Assembly: GCA_051530055.1 (NCBI GenBank)
Contig: CM121341.1
Location: forward strand, 248,001 to 312,000
Length of the DNA stretch: 64,000 nt
Reading direction: 5' to 3'
DNA from: Neoechinorhynchus agilis
Lineage: Eukaryota; Animalia; Acanthocephala
Under the pieces are notes generated by a model, which saw only the letters and a program-made list of their open reading frames with translations, ran no database searches and had not been told where the DNA came from. How positions within the stretch are numbered: the stretch's first letter is position 1; every line of letters starts with the position of its first letter. The position numbers were made by a program, and so were the translations under genes. Shown in pieces: positions 50,397 through 63,425 of this stretch.

Positions 50397-51691
50397 ATGT
50401 CGTCTGATCGCGAGTGTCCACCATTCTATAGTTCGTCTACTTTGGATAATACGAGTGAAGATGACCCACATGACCCCAAAACAACAAACAAAGACTTGCA
50501 TGACAAAGGTATGGAATCGGAGATGGGGGCTAATAAAAATAATGCCCAAAAACCACGCAAATCAACAAAAGAAGAGCTTGAATTGTTTATGCCAGTGGTG
50601 AGATTTCCTCAGAATCTTTTGAGAAAAACTCACCAAGTATGAAGTACAAAGCGCTTTTTCCCTTAGAACAACTGAATGCTCTTCGCCTGAGTCGTAAAAC
50701 AATAACCGCGTTTTGCCATACAAGCTTCTTTGGAGAACTCGTGAAAGATGCATTTGTGAAGATCGTGATTGGTTCCAATAATAACGAGAACGTCTATCGA
50801 GTATGTGAGGTGGTCGATGTTGTCGAGTCATCCGACCGATATGAACTAGGAGACACTCGCGTCGATCAGAAACTCGTCGTGAGGCTGGGGAAATCTCAGC
50901 GATCCTTCCGAATGAATTTGGTATCCGATCGCCAATTCGTAACTCCTGAATACCACGATTGGCTACTCCGTATGATAAAACACAGGGAGCCGTTACCTAA
51001 TCCGCGAAGTGTCGACGAAAAGATCTCTTTTCTCAAGAAAACTATTAAGAGCGAGTTATCTGGCGTAGAATTGTATCGGATTTCTTGTGAACGAAGCCGA
51101 TTAGACAAGTGTCCTGGGAATTTAACAATAGCTCAAGAGCATGTTTCGAGACAGCTGAAAGTAGCAAAATACAATAAGGATGAGAAAATGGTTCAGAAAC
51201 TTGAGGCTCGGTACGAGGAGCTCGAAAAATTAATCGATCAGAAATATAGTCATATTGATCGCATTGTTGATAAGAATACGCAACAGGTTGTGGATAGCAT
51301 GAAGGGTAGGAATGAGTATTTGGCTAAGCTGTCTTCAACCGAGAAAATATTGATTCCTCCTATATTCAAGCAAAAGTATGGTGGGATCAGAGGTGATGGG
51401 GAATGGGGCGAAACGGAAATCGAAGATGCTGGAATTCCACAAAACGAGAACGACGAACAAACGAAATTAAAATATTCAAACACCAACGAAGACATCGACT
51501 TAGAAGCGGATAACAAAACTCTTATAACGTCGGGCAACAGGCCTGTTGGGGATAATTTGGATGCGAGGGGTAAGAGTCGAAAGCGAACAGCAAATGAAGC
51601 TGAGTTGATTAACGCAAAAGCCCAGATTTCTCCCCCGTTCTTAAAGTCTAAATCCATTTTTGACTACAAGGGTATTAGTCCTGAGCAATAA
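50397..51691 (+). CDS. RTF1: RTF1 (Plus3 domain); predicted 50-nt insertion 50590-50639
   Basis: EQLNALRLSR..I..FCH..FF...V..AFVKI.IG.....VYRV.EV..VVE. Confidence 0.85.
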
Positions 51692-52333
51692 TAAAAGTAA
51701 ATGTTGATCTATGTGATAGGATTTAGGACATAATTATGTATATTTTCGAAAGTACCATAATTGGACAATCTCGGTTTTACTAGTAAGATCTGCATTTGAT
51801 GTAGTGGCGAAAGCGTTTTGGGTTAAAGTTCGAGTTCCATAGAGAACATTAGCGCAATAGTTTAAAAGATGTCTTGTTTATTTCACACCGCAAATTCCCG
51901 AGAGCCATTCCTTAGGGATCTTTTTCACATTTTTTATCACCAAATGGGCGATAGAATTTTCAATCCCAAAAAATGCCTGCGAACACTACATCCCACGTCG
52001 AGGACTATAGCGCAAGTATTAAACCAACGACAGAATCTCAATTTGAACAGGCCTCTAGGACTAATGATCAAAAAGATCTAAGAAATTCACAATCCGCTTG
52101 AATTTCGCAACTTCGGGAAAAATGGACTTTTCGTATGCCTTCTTTTTCGTAAGCAAGGAGTAATGCGTTCTTTGAACCTACGCCGCACGTCAAAATGAAA
52201 AAGTGCTCACATTGAACAAACACGTTCGAGCCTAAGTTGACCGTGGTCACGTTGCGGAAATACGGCATTGTGAATTCTGGCACGGATCACTTCCCGAAAA
52301 ATGTTTTAGGCATTTCTTGCTCATTTTCAGAAG

Positions 52334-53592
52334 ATGCGACTTGTCCGAGTTATACGAATCATTTTCGGTGTTCTATTATTTTCCTTCATGGTTTACGCCT
52401 TCTTACTCATGCTTTCCAAATCGAACATGCCAGAAGCAATTGAACCAATCAAAATTCGTACAACACTCGAACCACGACCTGCCGATATTCCCGTTCTTGT
52501 GATTGCTCATTCTCGATACGACTCACTTAAAGCACTTTTAACGCAAATTAAGAGATTTCGCGATCCATACATTTCGAAAGTCGTCGTCAGTATTGATTCC
52601 AATATTCCAAACATCATTGGTCTTGCGAAATCTTTACTCATAGGGGATTTCTTTTTAAAAAGGGATCTGCGCAAATCGAAATTCTCTATGAGTCGTAGCC
52701 GACGAAACACTTGTCATGCAAAATATTCCTTTGTATGGTAAGTACCCATCTGGGGTCGTTGCCTATGCCAAAATCTCTCAGCATTACTATTGGGCGTTAA
52801 ATCAAGTTTTCAACAAATACGAAAATGTACCGGCCGTTATTATACTAGAAGATGACCTTCAAATATCACCTGATATTTTTGAATACTTTTATAAGATGTT
52901 CAAACTGTTGTCTATGGATACGAGATTGTATTGTGTTTCTGCGTGGAACGATAATGGACGAAATGACCGTGTTGACCAGCTAAGTCCATATTTGCTGCAT
53001 CTTACTGATTTCTTTCCTGGGCTTGGTTGGATGCTTCATAGAAGACTTTGGAATGAAATTAGTGGCCGATGGCCTAGAATTTATTGGGATGATTGGTTAT
53101 GTCAGTGGTGCTGAGCCATTTTTCTCTTTGCCAGAACCGCTGCAAATAAGAGAACCATCACAGAGAAAAGGACGACTGTGTATTCGTCCTGAAATCAGCA
53201 GGACAGCTGCAAATCCAAAGGAATCGGCTAAGGGGGCAAGCAATGGTGAATTCTTTTATGAATATATCAGCAAAGTCCAACCTTTAAATGAAAAAGTTGC
53301 AAAGCAAGTTGACTGGAAAGCTTATAATTTAAGTTATCTCAGCAACTACGAAGAAAATCTGAGGAAAATAATCGCGCAGTGCACAAAAATTGATTCTATT
53401 GACGATTTACATAGGAAAAAAGCAATAGCTTGCGTTCGTCTTTATTATACAGACCAATTGCAACTGGTTTCTTATTTGCGGGAACTTGCACTTATGTCAG
53501 ATTTAAAAGCAGGCGTACCAAGGACTGCTTTCAAGGGTATCGTACAGACCTTCATTGATGGTATCCGTGTATTCATTATTCCGCAATATTGA
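52334..53592 (+). CDS. MGAT1: GT13 N-acetylglucosaminyltransferase I; predicted exons 52334-52636, 52698-53099, 53149-53592
   Basis: Type II TM, PVLVIA, KI..HY.WAL, EDDL, CVSAWNDNG, DFFPGLGW, WDDW, CIRPEISRT. Confidence 0.92.
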
Positions 53593-53952
53593 CAAATATC
53601 TCTTTGAAATAAATTTCTACGTCGTATCCTCCACAAATGCGCAGCGAACGGGCAATACCGATAGAGAACGTCCTTCCAAAACCGCATTAGTCGCAAATCA
53701 CCTGAAATGATTAGTACATCCAAGAATTTCTTTTAGTTTTCATTTGCTTTTTATAAACAAAAAGGTTTAACACAAGCAAAAATAACAACGAATTTACCCT
53801 TCTAGTCATATCGTTGGCCCTCGAGTGAGGTTCGAAATTCAAAAGGCCCTCGATATTTGCAATCGAGCTTTAAAAACTTGATAAATCTCATTGTGTTTTG
53901 GGTTTTTACCAAAAACATCTCGTATGCGAATTGTGTCAGATCCCAATTGTTC

Positions 53953-54790
53953 TTTTAAATTTTAGTTTATCCCTTTGTCCGGCTTATTTTTTAGGCATGA
54001 AGCCAAACCAATTACACCAGAGAAGTGATACAACCACATTGTCTCTGATGCACGGTTAAGAGTTTGTACATTCCTCCGGATTCTCAGATACCTCCAGGAG
54101 GCGGGACTCATCAGTGAGTTTCCTCCCTTCAGCGGTATTTCGTCCCCTTTGGCTGTGCGCCATTGGTGGTAACGGATTCGAACCACTTGACCCCTAATCG
54201 GGATCACGGGCATTAGTCCACTTGACCACCTCGACACAACTGCGAAATGTCAAACTATGCAAGTTTATCGGCTCCGGGTGAGCGCTGTGTTCTATTTTTA
54301 AGTTTTTTACTGGCAAGCTGGTATTGTTATCATCTTTTAAATTTTAGTTTATCCCTTTGTCCGGCTTATTTTTTTAGGCATAAAGCCAAACCAATTACAT
54401 CAGAGAAGTGATACAACCACATAGTCTCCGATGCACGGTTAAGAGTTTGTGCATTCCTCCTTATTCTCAGATACCTCCAGGAGGCGGGATTCATCAGTGA
54501 GTTTCCTCCCTTCAGAGGTATTTCGTCCCCTTTGGCTGTGCGTCATTGGTGGTAACGGATTCGAACCACTTGACCCCTGAACGGGATCACGGGCATTAGT
54601 CCTCTTTACCACCTCGACACAACTACGAAGTGTCAAACTCAGCCAGTTTATCGGCTCAGCGTGAGCGCTGTGTTCTATTTTTAAGTTTTTTACTGGCAAG
54701 CCGGTATTGTTATCATAATTCAATTTTTAGTCAATCCCTTTCTTGTCCGGCTTATTTTATTTAGGCATAAAGCCAAACCAATTACACTCG
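53953..54790. repeat. ~382-bp tandem repeat (about 2.2 copies) carrying a tRNA-like segment
   Basis: Unit starts at about 53953, 54335, 54721. Confidence 0.9.
54164..54235 (-). pseudogene. tRNA-derived segment (A and B boxes, no anticodon arm); second copy 54547-54618
   Basis: TGGTCAAGTGG and GGTTCGAATCC; D stem GTC/GAC; acceptor stem does not pair. Confidence 0.5.
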
Positions 54791-54859
54791 ACGAGACAGT
54801 CGTTCAGCACCTTTGAATACCAAGGTCAGCCATTCAACGGTTTTTTTGCTTACCATTTT

Positions 54860-57045
54860 AGACAGCTGTAATATTCGCATCGGAAATCGCATTATCATAT
54901 TTGGTCAATATTCTCAAGAGTGAACGATCACTATATATATGCAAGACTCATTGAAATAAGATAACACCGTTGAAATCAGCACATCAGGTATGGTCAAATT
55001 GTTTAATCATTTCGTAACAACTTTTAAGCACCACAGATTTAATTAAGGTGTCTTTTATGAACTTCAATCCTTGAACTATATGTCAAAATTTAACAAGCCA
55101 TATCAAACCGTTATTGCAGGTGAATTCAGCATAGAAGGTAGATCTAGAAAAGTTAATTTTATCTTAAATTTATTGATGTTTTAATATCAATAATCAAGGT
55201 AGTTGGTCTCAAAATGTAACAACGAATAACTCGAGAACCATGATAGCCATCGCAAATCCGAATACAGATTTGGAATCAGTGCGTTAAGGTGTACTACAAC
55301 TAACTTATTCCGTACACTACAGCTGTAATATTCGCATCGGAAATCGCATTATCATATCTGGTCAATATTAACAAGAGTGAAGGATCACTAAATTTGTAAG
55401 ATTCATTAAAATTAGATAATACCGTTGAAATAAGCGCATTAGATATGCTAAACATGTTTTGTTATTTCGACACAGCATTTGAGCACAACAGATTTAATTC
55501 AGGTGTCTTTTATGAACTTCAATCCTAGAACTAAGTGTCATAATTTAGCAAGCCACATCAAACCGTTATTGCATATGAATTCAGCGTAAAAAGTGGATCT
55601 AGAAAAGTTAATTTGTTCTTAAATTTATTGATGTTTCGATATCAATAATCAAATTAGTTGGTTTCAAAATGTAACAACGAATTACTCAAGAACCATGATA
55701 GCTATCGCAAATTCGAATACAGATTTGGAATCAGCGCGTTAAGATGTACTAAATTAACTGATTCCGTACACCACAGCTATATATTTGCATCGGAGATTGC
55801 ATTATCACTAAATTTGCAAGAGTCATTAAAATTGGATAACACCGTTGAAATCAGCGCGTCAGATATGCTAAAAATGTTTAATCATTTCACAACAACTGTT
55901 GAGCACAACAGTTTTAATTAAGGTGTCTTTTATGAACCTCAATCCAAAATCTAAGTGTCTAAATTTAACAAGCCACGTAAAACCGTTATTGCAGGTGAAT
56001 TCAGCGTCAAAAGTAGATGTAGAAAAGTTAATTTGATCTTAAATTGATTGATGTTTTAATATCAATAATCAAGGTAGTTGGTCTCAAAACGTAACAACGA
56101 ATAACTCAAGAACCATGATAGCCATCGAAAATTCGAATACAGATTTGGAATCAGTGCGTTAAAGTGTACTACACTAACTTATTTTTTACACTACAGCTTT
56201 AATAATCGCATCGGAAATCGCATTATCATATTTGGTCAATATTCACAAGAGCGAAAGATCACTATTTTTGCAAGATTCATTTAGATTATATAACACCGTT
56301 GAAATCAGCGCATTAAATATGCTAAAACTGTTTTATCATGTCGTAAAAACATTTGAGCACAACAGATTTAATTCAGGTGTCTTTTAAGAACTTCAATCCT
56401 AAAACTAGTGTCAAAATTTAAAAAGCCACATCAAACCGTTATTGCATGTGAATTCGGCGTCAAAAGTAGATCTAGAAAAGTTCATTTGATCATAAATTTA
56501 TTGATGTTTTGATATCAATAATCAAGGTAGTTGGTCTCAAAATGCAACAACGAATAACTCAAGACTGTGGTAGCTATCGCAAATCCGAATACAGATTTGC
56601 AATCAGCGCGAAGAGGTGTACTAAATTAACTGATTCTGTAAACTACAGCTGTAATATTCGAATCGGAAATCGCATTATCATATTTGGTCAATATTCTCAA
56701 GAGTGAAAGATAGCTATATATGCAAGAATCATTAAAATTAGATAACACCGTTGAATTCAGCGCCTTAGATATGCTAAAAATGTTTTATTATTTCGAAACA
56801 ACTGTTGAACACCACAGATTTAATTCAGGTGTCTTTTATGAACTTCAATCCTAAAATTAAGTGTCTAAATTTAACAAGCCACGTAAAACCGTTATTGCAG
56901 GTGAATGCAGCGTAAAAAGTAGATGTAGAAAAGTTAATTATATCTTAAATTTATTGATGTTTTAATATCAATAATCAAAGTAGTTGGTCTCAAAATGTAA
57001 CAACGAATAACTCAAGAACCATGATAGCCATCGAAAATCCGAACA
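54860..57045. repeat. ~450-bp AT-rich satellite, left array
   Basis: CAGCT(G)TAATATTCGCATCGG at 54863, 55320, 55774, 56194, 56646. Confidence 0.95.
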
Positions 57046-59730
57046 TTATCAACCAAATAAAAACTCGAGATTTGAAAACGCATTTGTGCAGTCACTCTCA
57101 GTGCTTTACTTTAATTTAGAAGCGCTTTTGGAAAACATTGTCAATGAAATAAAAACTAGGGATATAAAAGCCCATTCCTGTGCTCACTCTTAGTTCTTCA
57201 CTTCAATTTCGACGCGCTTTTTGAACATATTATCAATCAAATTAAAACTCGAGATGTGAAAACGCATTCGTGTTCTCACTCTTAGTTCTTCACTTCAATT
57301 TAGACGCGCTTTTGGAAAACATTACCAATCAAATAAAAACTCGAGATTTGATATCGCATTCGTTTGCTCACTCATAGTGCTTCACTTTAATTTAGACGCG
57401 CCATTGGAAAACATTATCAATCAAATAAAAACTCGAGATTTGAAAACGCATTCGTGTTCTCACTCTTAGTTCTTCACTTTAATTTCGACGCGCTTTTTGA
57501 ACACATTATCAATCAAATAAAAACTCGAGATATGAAAACGCATTCGTGTACTCACTCCTATTTCTTTACTTTAATTTCGACGCGCTTTTTGAAAATATTA
57601 CCAATCAAATAAAAACTTGAGATTCGAAAACGCATTCGTGTACTCACTCCTAGTTCTTCACTTTAATTTAGACGCGCTTTTGGAATACATCATCAGTCAA
57701 ATAAAAACTCGAGATTTGAAAACGCATTCGTGTATTCAGTCTTAGTTCTTCACTCTAATTTAGACGCGCTTTTGGAAAACATTATTAACCAAATAACAAC
57801 TCGAAATTTGAAAGCGCATTCGTGTACTTACTCTGAGCGCTATACTTTTATTTAGACGCGCTTTTCGAAAACATTGTCATTCAAATAAAAACTCGAGATT
57901 TGAAAACGCATTCGTTTACTCATTCTTAGTGCTTCACTTTGATTTTGACGCGCTTTTGGAAAACATTATCAATCAAATAAAAACTCGAGATTGGAAATCG
58001 CATTCGTGTACTCACTCTCATTGCTTTACTTTAATTTTGAAGCGCTTTTTGAAAACATTGTCAATCAAGTAAAAACTCGAGATTTGAAAACGCATTCGTG
58101 TACCCTCTTTCAGTGATTCACTTTAATTAAGACGCGCCATTGGAAAACATTATCAATCAAATAAAAACTCGAGATATGAAAACGCATTCGTGTACTCACT
58201 CATAGTTCCTCACTTTAATTTAGACGCGCTTTTGGAATACATCATCAGTCAAATTAAAACTCGAGATTTGAAAACGCATGCGTGTACTCACTCTTTGTTC
58301 TTCACTTTTATTTAGACGCACGTTTCGAAAACATTGTCATTCAAATAAAAACTCGAGATTTGAAAACGCCTTTGTTTACTCACTCTTACTCCTTCATTTT
58401 AATTTAGACGCGCTTTTGGAAAACATTACCAATCAAATAAAAACTCGAGATTTGAAAACGCATTCGTTTGCTCACTCTTAGTTCTTCACAATAATTTCGA
58501 TGCGCTTTTGAAAATATTACCAATCAAATAAAAACTCGAGATTTGAAAACGCCTTGGTTTACTCACTCTTGCTCCTTCATTTTAATTTAGACGCGCTTTT
58601 GGAAAACATTACCAATCAGATAAAAACTCGAGATTTGAAAACGCATTCGTTTACTCATTCTTAATGCTTCACTTTAATTTAGACGCGCTTTTCTAAAACA
58701 TGATCAATAAAATAAAATCTCGAGATTTGAATACGCATTCGTGTACTCACTCTTTGTTCTTCACTTTTATTTAGACGCGCTTTTCGAAAACATTGTCATT
58801 CAAATAAAAACTCGAGATTTGAAAGCGCATTCGTGTACTCTCTTTTAGTGCTTCACTTTAATTAAGACCCACCATTGGAAAACATTATGAATCAAATAAA
58901 AACTCGAGATATGAAAACGCATTCGTGCACTCACTCCTAGTTCTTCACTTTAATTTCGAGGCGCTTTTGGAAAACATTATCAATCAAATATAAACTCGAG
59001 ATTTGAAAACGCATTCGTGAACTAACTCTCGGTCCTTCAATTTAATTTAGACGCGCTTTTGGAAAACATTACCAATCAAATAAAAACTCGAGATTTTAAA
59101 ACGCATTCGTTTGCTCACTCTTAGATCTTCGCTTTAATTCAGACGCGCTTTTGAAAAATATTATCAAGCGAGTAAAAATTCGAGATTTAAAAACGAACTC
59201 GTGTACTCACTATTAGCGCTTCACTTTAATTTAGACGCACTTTTGGAAAAAGATTATCAATCAAATAAAACTCGAGATTTGAAAACGCATTCGTGTACTA
59301 ACTCTGAGTCCTTCAATTTAATTTAGACGCGCTTTTTGAACACATTATCAATCAAATAAAAACTCGATATTTTAGAAAGCATTCGTTTACTCACTCTTCG
59401 TCCTTCACTTTAATTTAGAAGCGCTTTATGAAAACATTATCAATCAAATAGAAACAAGAGATTTGATAACGCAATCGTGTACTCACTCTTTGTCCTTCAC
59501 CTTAATTTAGACGCGCCTTTGGAAAACATTACCAATAAAATAAAAACTCGAGATTTGAAAACGCATTCGTGTGCTCATTCTTAGTGCTTCACTTTAAATT
59601 AGACGCGCTTTTGGAAAACATTATTAATCAAATAAATTCTCGAGATTTGAAAACGCATTTGTGTGCTCATTCTTCGTGCTTCACTTTAATTTAGATGCGC
59701 TTTTGGAAAACATTATCATTCAAATATAAA
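57046..59730. repeat. ~92-bp satellite, roughly 29 copies
   Basis: TTTAATTTAGACGCGCTTTTGGAAAACATTATCAATCAAATAAAAACTCGAGATTTGAAAACGCATTCGTGTACTCACTCTTAGTTCTTCAC consensus. Confidence 0.97.
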
Positions 59731-59789
59731 CTTTCGGTCATTCCAGGTTATTAAATTTAATTACTTTCTCCACTCGAACAAAACAATGA

Positions 59790-61575
59790 TGAACTATCTT
59801 TTCAATATTGCAGGTTAACTCAGCGTCAAAAGTGGTTCTAGAAAAGTTAACCTAATCTAAAATTTATTGACGTTTTAATATCAACAATCAAGGTTATTTG
59901 TCTCAATAACCCAAGAACTATGATAGCTATCGATAAAACGATTATGGATTTGGATACAGCGCCTTAGGATGTACTATATCAACATGATTAATAAACTACA
60001 GCTGTATTATTCACGTCGGAAATGGCATCATCATATTTAGTCAAATTTACAAGATTCATTAAAATTGGATATTACCATTGAAATTAGCGCAACAAATACG
60101 CTAAAACTGTGATATCATTTCGTTACCACTTTTAATAAGCATGGATATAATTCAAGTTTATTAAATAAACTAGAATCTTAAAACAAAGTGTCAAATTTTA
60201 ACAAGCAACAAGAAACCGTTGTTGCGGATGAATTCAACGTTAAAAGTAGATCTAGAAAAGTTAATTTGATCAGAAATTTATTGATGTTCTAATATCAATA
60301 ATAAAGGTAATTGGTCTACAAAATTGAACAACGAATCACTCAAGAGCCATCATAGCTATCGCTAATTCGAATCCAGAATTCGAATCCAGAATTCGAATCA
60401 GCGCGTCAAGATGTACTATATGCACTTATTCAGCAAACTACAGCTGTATTATTAACGTCGGAAATCGAATGATCATATTTTGTAATTAGTCACAAGAGGG
60501 AAAGATCACAAAATTTGCAACATTCATCAAAATTGGATAACACTATTGATCTCAGCGAAAAAGATGTGCCCAAATAGTAATATCATTTCGTAACCAGATT
60601 ATGGCACCATGGATATAATTCAGGTGCCTTATATGAACTAGAATCTTTAAACCAAGTGTCAAAATTTAACAAGCATCAAGAAACCGTTATTGCAGGTGAA
60701 TTCACCGTCTAAAGTAGATCTAAAGAAGTTAATTAGATCTGAAATTTATTGATGTTTTAATGTAAATAATCAGGATTATTGGTCTCAAAATTGAACAACG
60801 AATAACTCAAGAACCATGACAGCTATCGAAAATCCGAGAACAGATTTTGAATCAGCGCGTTAGGACGTGCTCAATGAAATGATTCAGCAAACTACAGCTG
60901 CATTATTAACGTCGGTAATTGCATGATCATATTTGGTCAAAAGTCACAAGAGTGAAGGATCACTAAACTTGCAATTTTCATTACAAATTGGATAACACCA
61001 TTGAAATTAGCGATTCAGATATGCTCAAATTGTGATATCATTTCGTTACCACTTTTAAGCACAATGGATATAATTTAGGTGTCTTGTATGAACTAGAATC
61101 TTAAAACTAGGTGTCAAAATTTAACAAGCAAAAAACCGTTATTGCGGGTGTATTCAGCGTCAAAAGTAGATCAAGAAAAGTTAATTTGATCTTAAATTTA
61201 TTGATGTTTTAATATAAATCATCAAGATTATTGGTCTCAAAATTGAACAACGAATAACTCAAGAACCATGACAGCTATCGAAAATCCGAGAACGGATTTT
61301 GAATCAGCGCGTTAGGATGTGCCCAATGAAATGATTCAGCAAACTACGGCTGTTTTATTCACGTCGGTAATCGCATAATAATATTTGGTCAAAAGTAACG
61401 AGAGTGAAAGATCACAAAATTTTCAAGATTCACAAAAATTGGATAACACCATTGTAATCAGCGCATCAGATATGCTCAAAATGTTTTATCATGTTGTAGC
61501 CACATTTAAAGAACCATGGATTTAATTCAGGCGTCTTTATTGAACTTCAATCTTAAAACTAAGTGTCAAAATTAT
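59790..61575. repeat. ~450-bp satellite, right array (more diverged variant)
   Basis: ACTACAGCTG-like anchors near 60000, 60440, 60895, 61345. Confidence 0.92.
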
Positions 61576-62917
61576 CCCGAAATCACATTGTGCCAACACC
61601 GATTACAGCTATGGCAATGCTTTGTTTTAATTAAGCAGTTGGATTCCCCTTGTCCATACCTGTTCTAGACCAGCTGTTTAACGTTGATCGGATCCCCGCG
61701 CAAGAAACGAACGTGCCCGTTTGGATACGCCGAACAAACGCGGAGCGTAGCTATCGCTGTCCACATTACGCAGTCCTCAGTTCCGTCCTCGAAGTCGACT
61801 CTGAGACAGATCCAAAAGTCGACAGTCAATCCTTTTTCCGAAGTTACGGATCTAATTTGCCGACTTCACTTGCCTACGTTTCCCCATCGACTAGAGGCTA
61901 CTCACCTTGGAGACCTGCTGCGTAAATCAGTACGAACAAGTACGGTCTGAATATTCTCGCACCCAGATTTTCAAGGACGATACGAAGCGCTCCTCGCGTT
62001 AACTATGCTATCCAGCTTTATTTATTGATCTGGATAACTCGCGCATTTGTTGAACTCCTTAGCCCGTGTTTCAAGACGGTTCAAATGATGCCGCCGTTTT
62101 ACCCGCATTATCTTCTCGAACATCCGACTATCGATGAACAAGCCTAACAGTGAGTGAAACAACACCGAAAGAATCCAACGATGCTGGCGATTACGTCATT
62201 GGAATGCTCAATTTTAGTTTAAAAACTCAACCTCAACCGACCGTTGCCTGCAAAGGCAATTTGACCACCACATAGATATGTGCTCTTGCAAACTCATCCA
62301 ATGTCAATTCACCAATATCGACAAAGTCAGCAGGTGAAGTTCAACGCGTCTGCGGCAGAGGCAAAGTCATGCAGAGCGTCAGCCAACAAATTGCGATGTA
62401 CGCTGCAGTACACATACACGAGTGTGTGTATGTACCAGCAGATAACACATCTGAATTGCCAAGACCGAACCTTATGCGTACCCATTTGCTTTTCAATGTG
62501 CAGTTTCACGTACTATTTAACTTGCTTTTCAAAGTCCTTTTCAACTTTCCCTCACGGTACTTCTTCGCTATCGGCACCGCCGTCATATTTAGTTTTGTAT
62601 GGAGTTTACCACACATATTTGAATTGCAATCTCAAACAATTCGACTCACAAATCAGTTCTAGGGAACAGTAGTCAAGGCGTAGAAAATACGGGACTATCA
62701 CCCTCTTCGGCCAAAGCCGTATTCAACCTGGACTTATTACCACGCAACTGAACCCACAAACTGATCGTACACCACAATTCGCAGCTGACAAGTCAGCGCG
62801 ATTCAGTTATGAACTATTCCCTGTTCATTCGCCATTACTATGGGAATACCTGTTGGTTTCTTTTCTTCCGCTTATTGATATGCTTAAGTTCAGCGGATTC
62901 TCCCATCCGAACTGAGA
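61576..62917 (-). rRNA. 28S: 28S rRNA 5' part with ~1-kb internal deletion, truncated against satellite (pseudogene)
   Basis: CCGCTGAACTTAAGCATATC, CCGTCTTGAAACACGG, then a jump near 61992 to GAGCGCTTCG...GGTCTCCAAGGTGAG. Confidence 0.9.
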
Positions 62918-63269
62918 ACGTGACTTTCATGCCAATTCTGCCAATAAAAGTATGATGCAACAACGTGTACTCTCCTCATCTTACACAACTCATCATCATC
63001 TACTCGAAAGTAGAACGCACGATCAATATTTAACCGACTCAAATACCTTCACAATTATTGAACCCTTTCACCGTCAACAGTATTGATTCACGTGTTGCAT
63101 AACTATATTAGCAGTGGCATCTCTGCAATAATTTTTTCTCGTTTACCTTATCTTAGTTTCCTGCGCGTCACCCAGAGGCAAACGCAGTAACCGTAAAGTC
63201 AATGGCAACGATCAGAAGATCAATTTCCATTGACATTCACCCACACTTGCTCACTTTAGCATTAAACGT
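62918..63269 (-). other. ITS2
   Basis: Lies between 5.8S and the 28S start. Confidence 0.75.
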
Positions 63270-63425
63270 TACTCAGTCGGATGTGGCTGCGAATATTGTA
63301 TTCACAGTCGCCATTTGCGTTCGAACATTTTCCGTTCCAGGAGATCTGTATTTCGCGGAACTTATCGCACTTTGCGGCGTTCTTCATCGAACGACGGTCC
63401 AAGTGATCCACCGCACACTGTGTGT
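63270..63425 (-). rRNA. 5.8S: 5.8S rRNA
   Basis: GCGGTGGATCACTTGG...TCGATGAAGAACGC...TTCGAACGCA. Confidence 0.92.

Noticed and set aside
54095-54135. Hammerhead-like GAAAC...CTGATGA in the 382-bp repeat (minus strand)
   Set aside because: Only 3 nt lie between the motifs and there is no G-C closing pair for stem II.
57046-59730. CRISPR-like array
   Set aside because: Whole ~92-bp units repeat with no unique spacers, there are no cas genes, and the context is eukaryotic.
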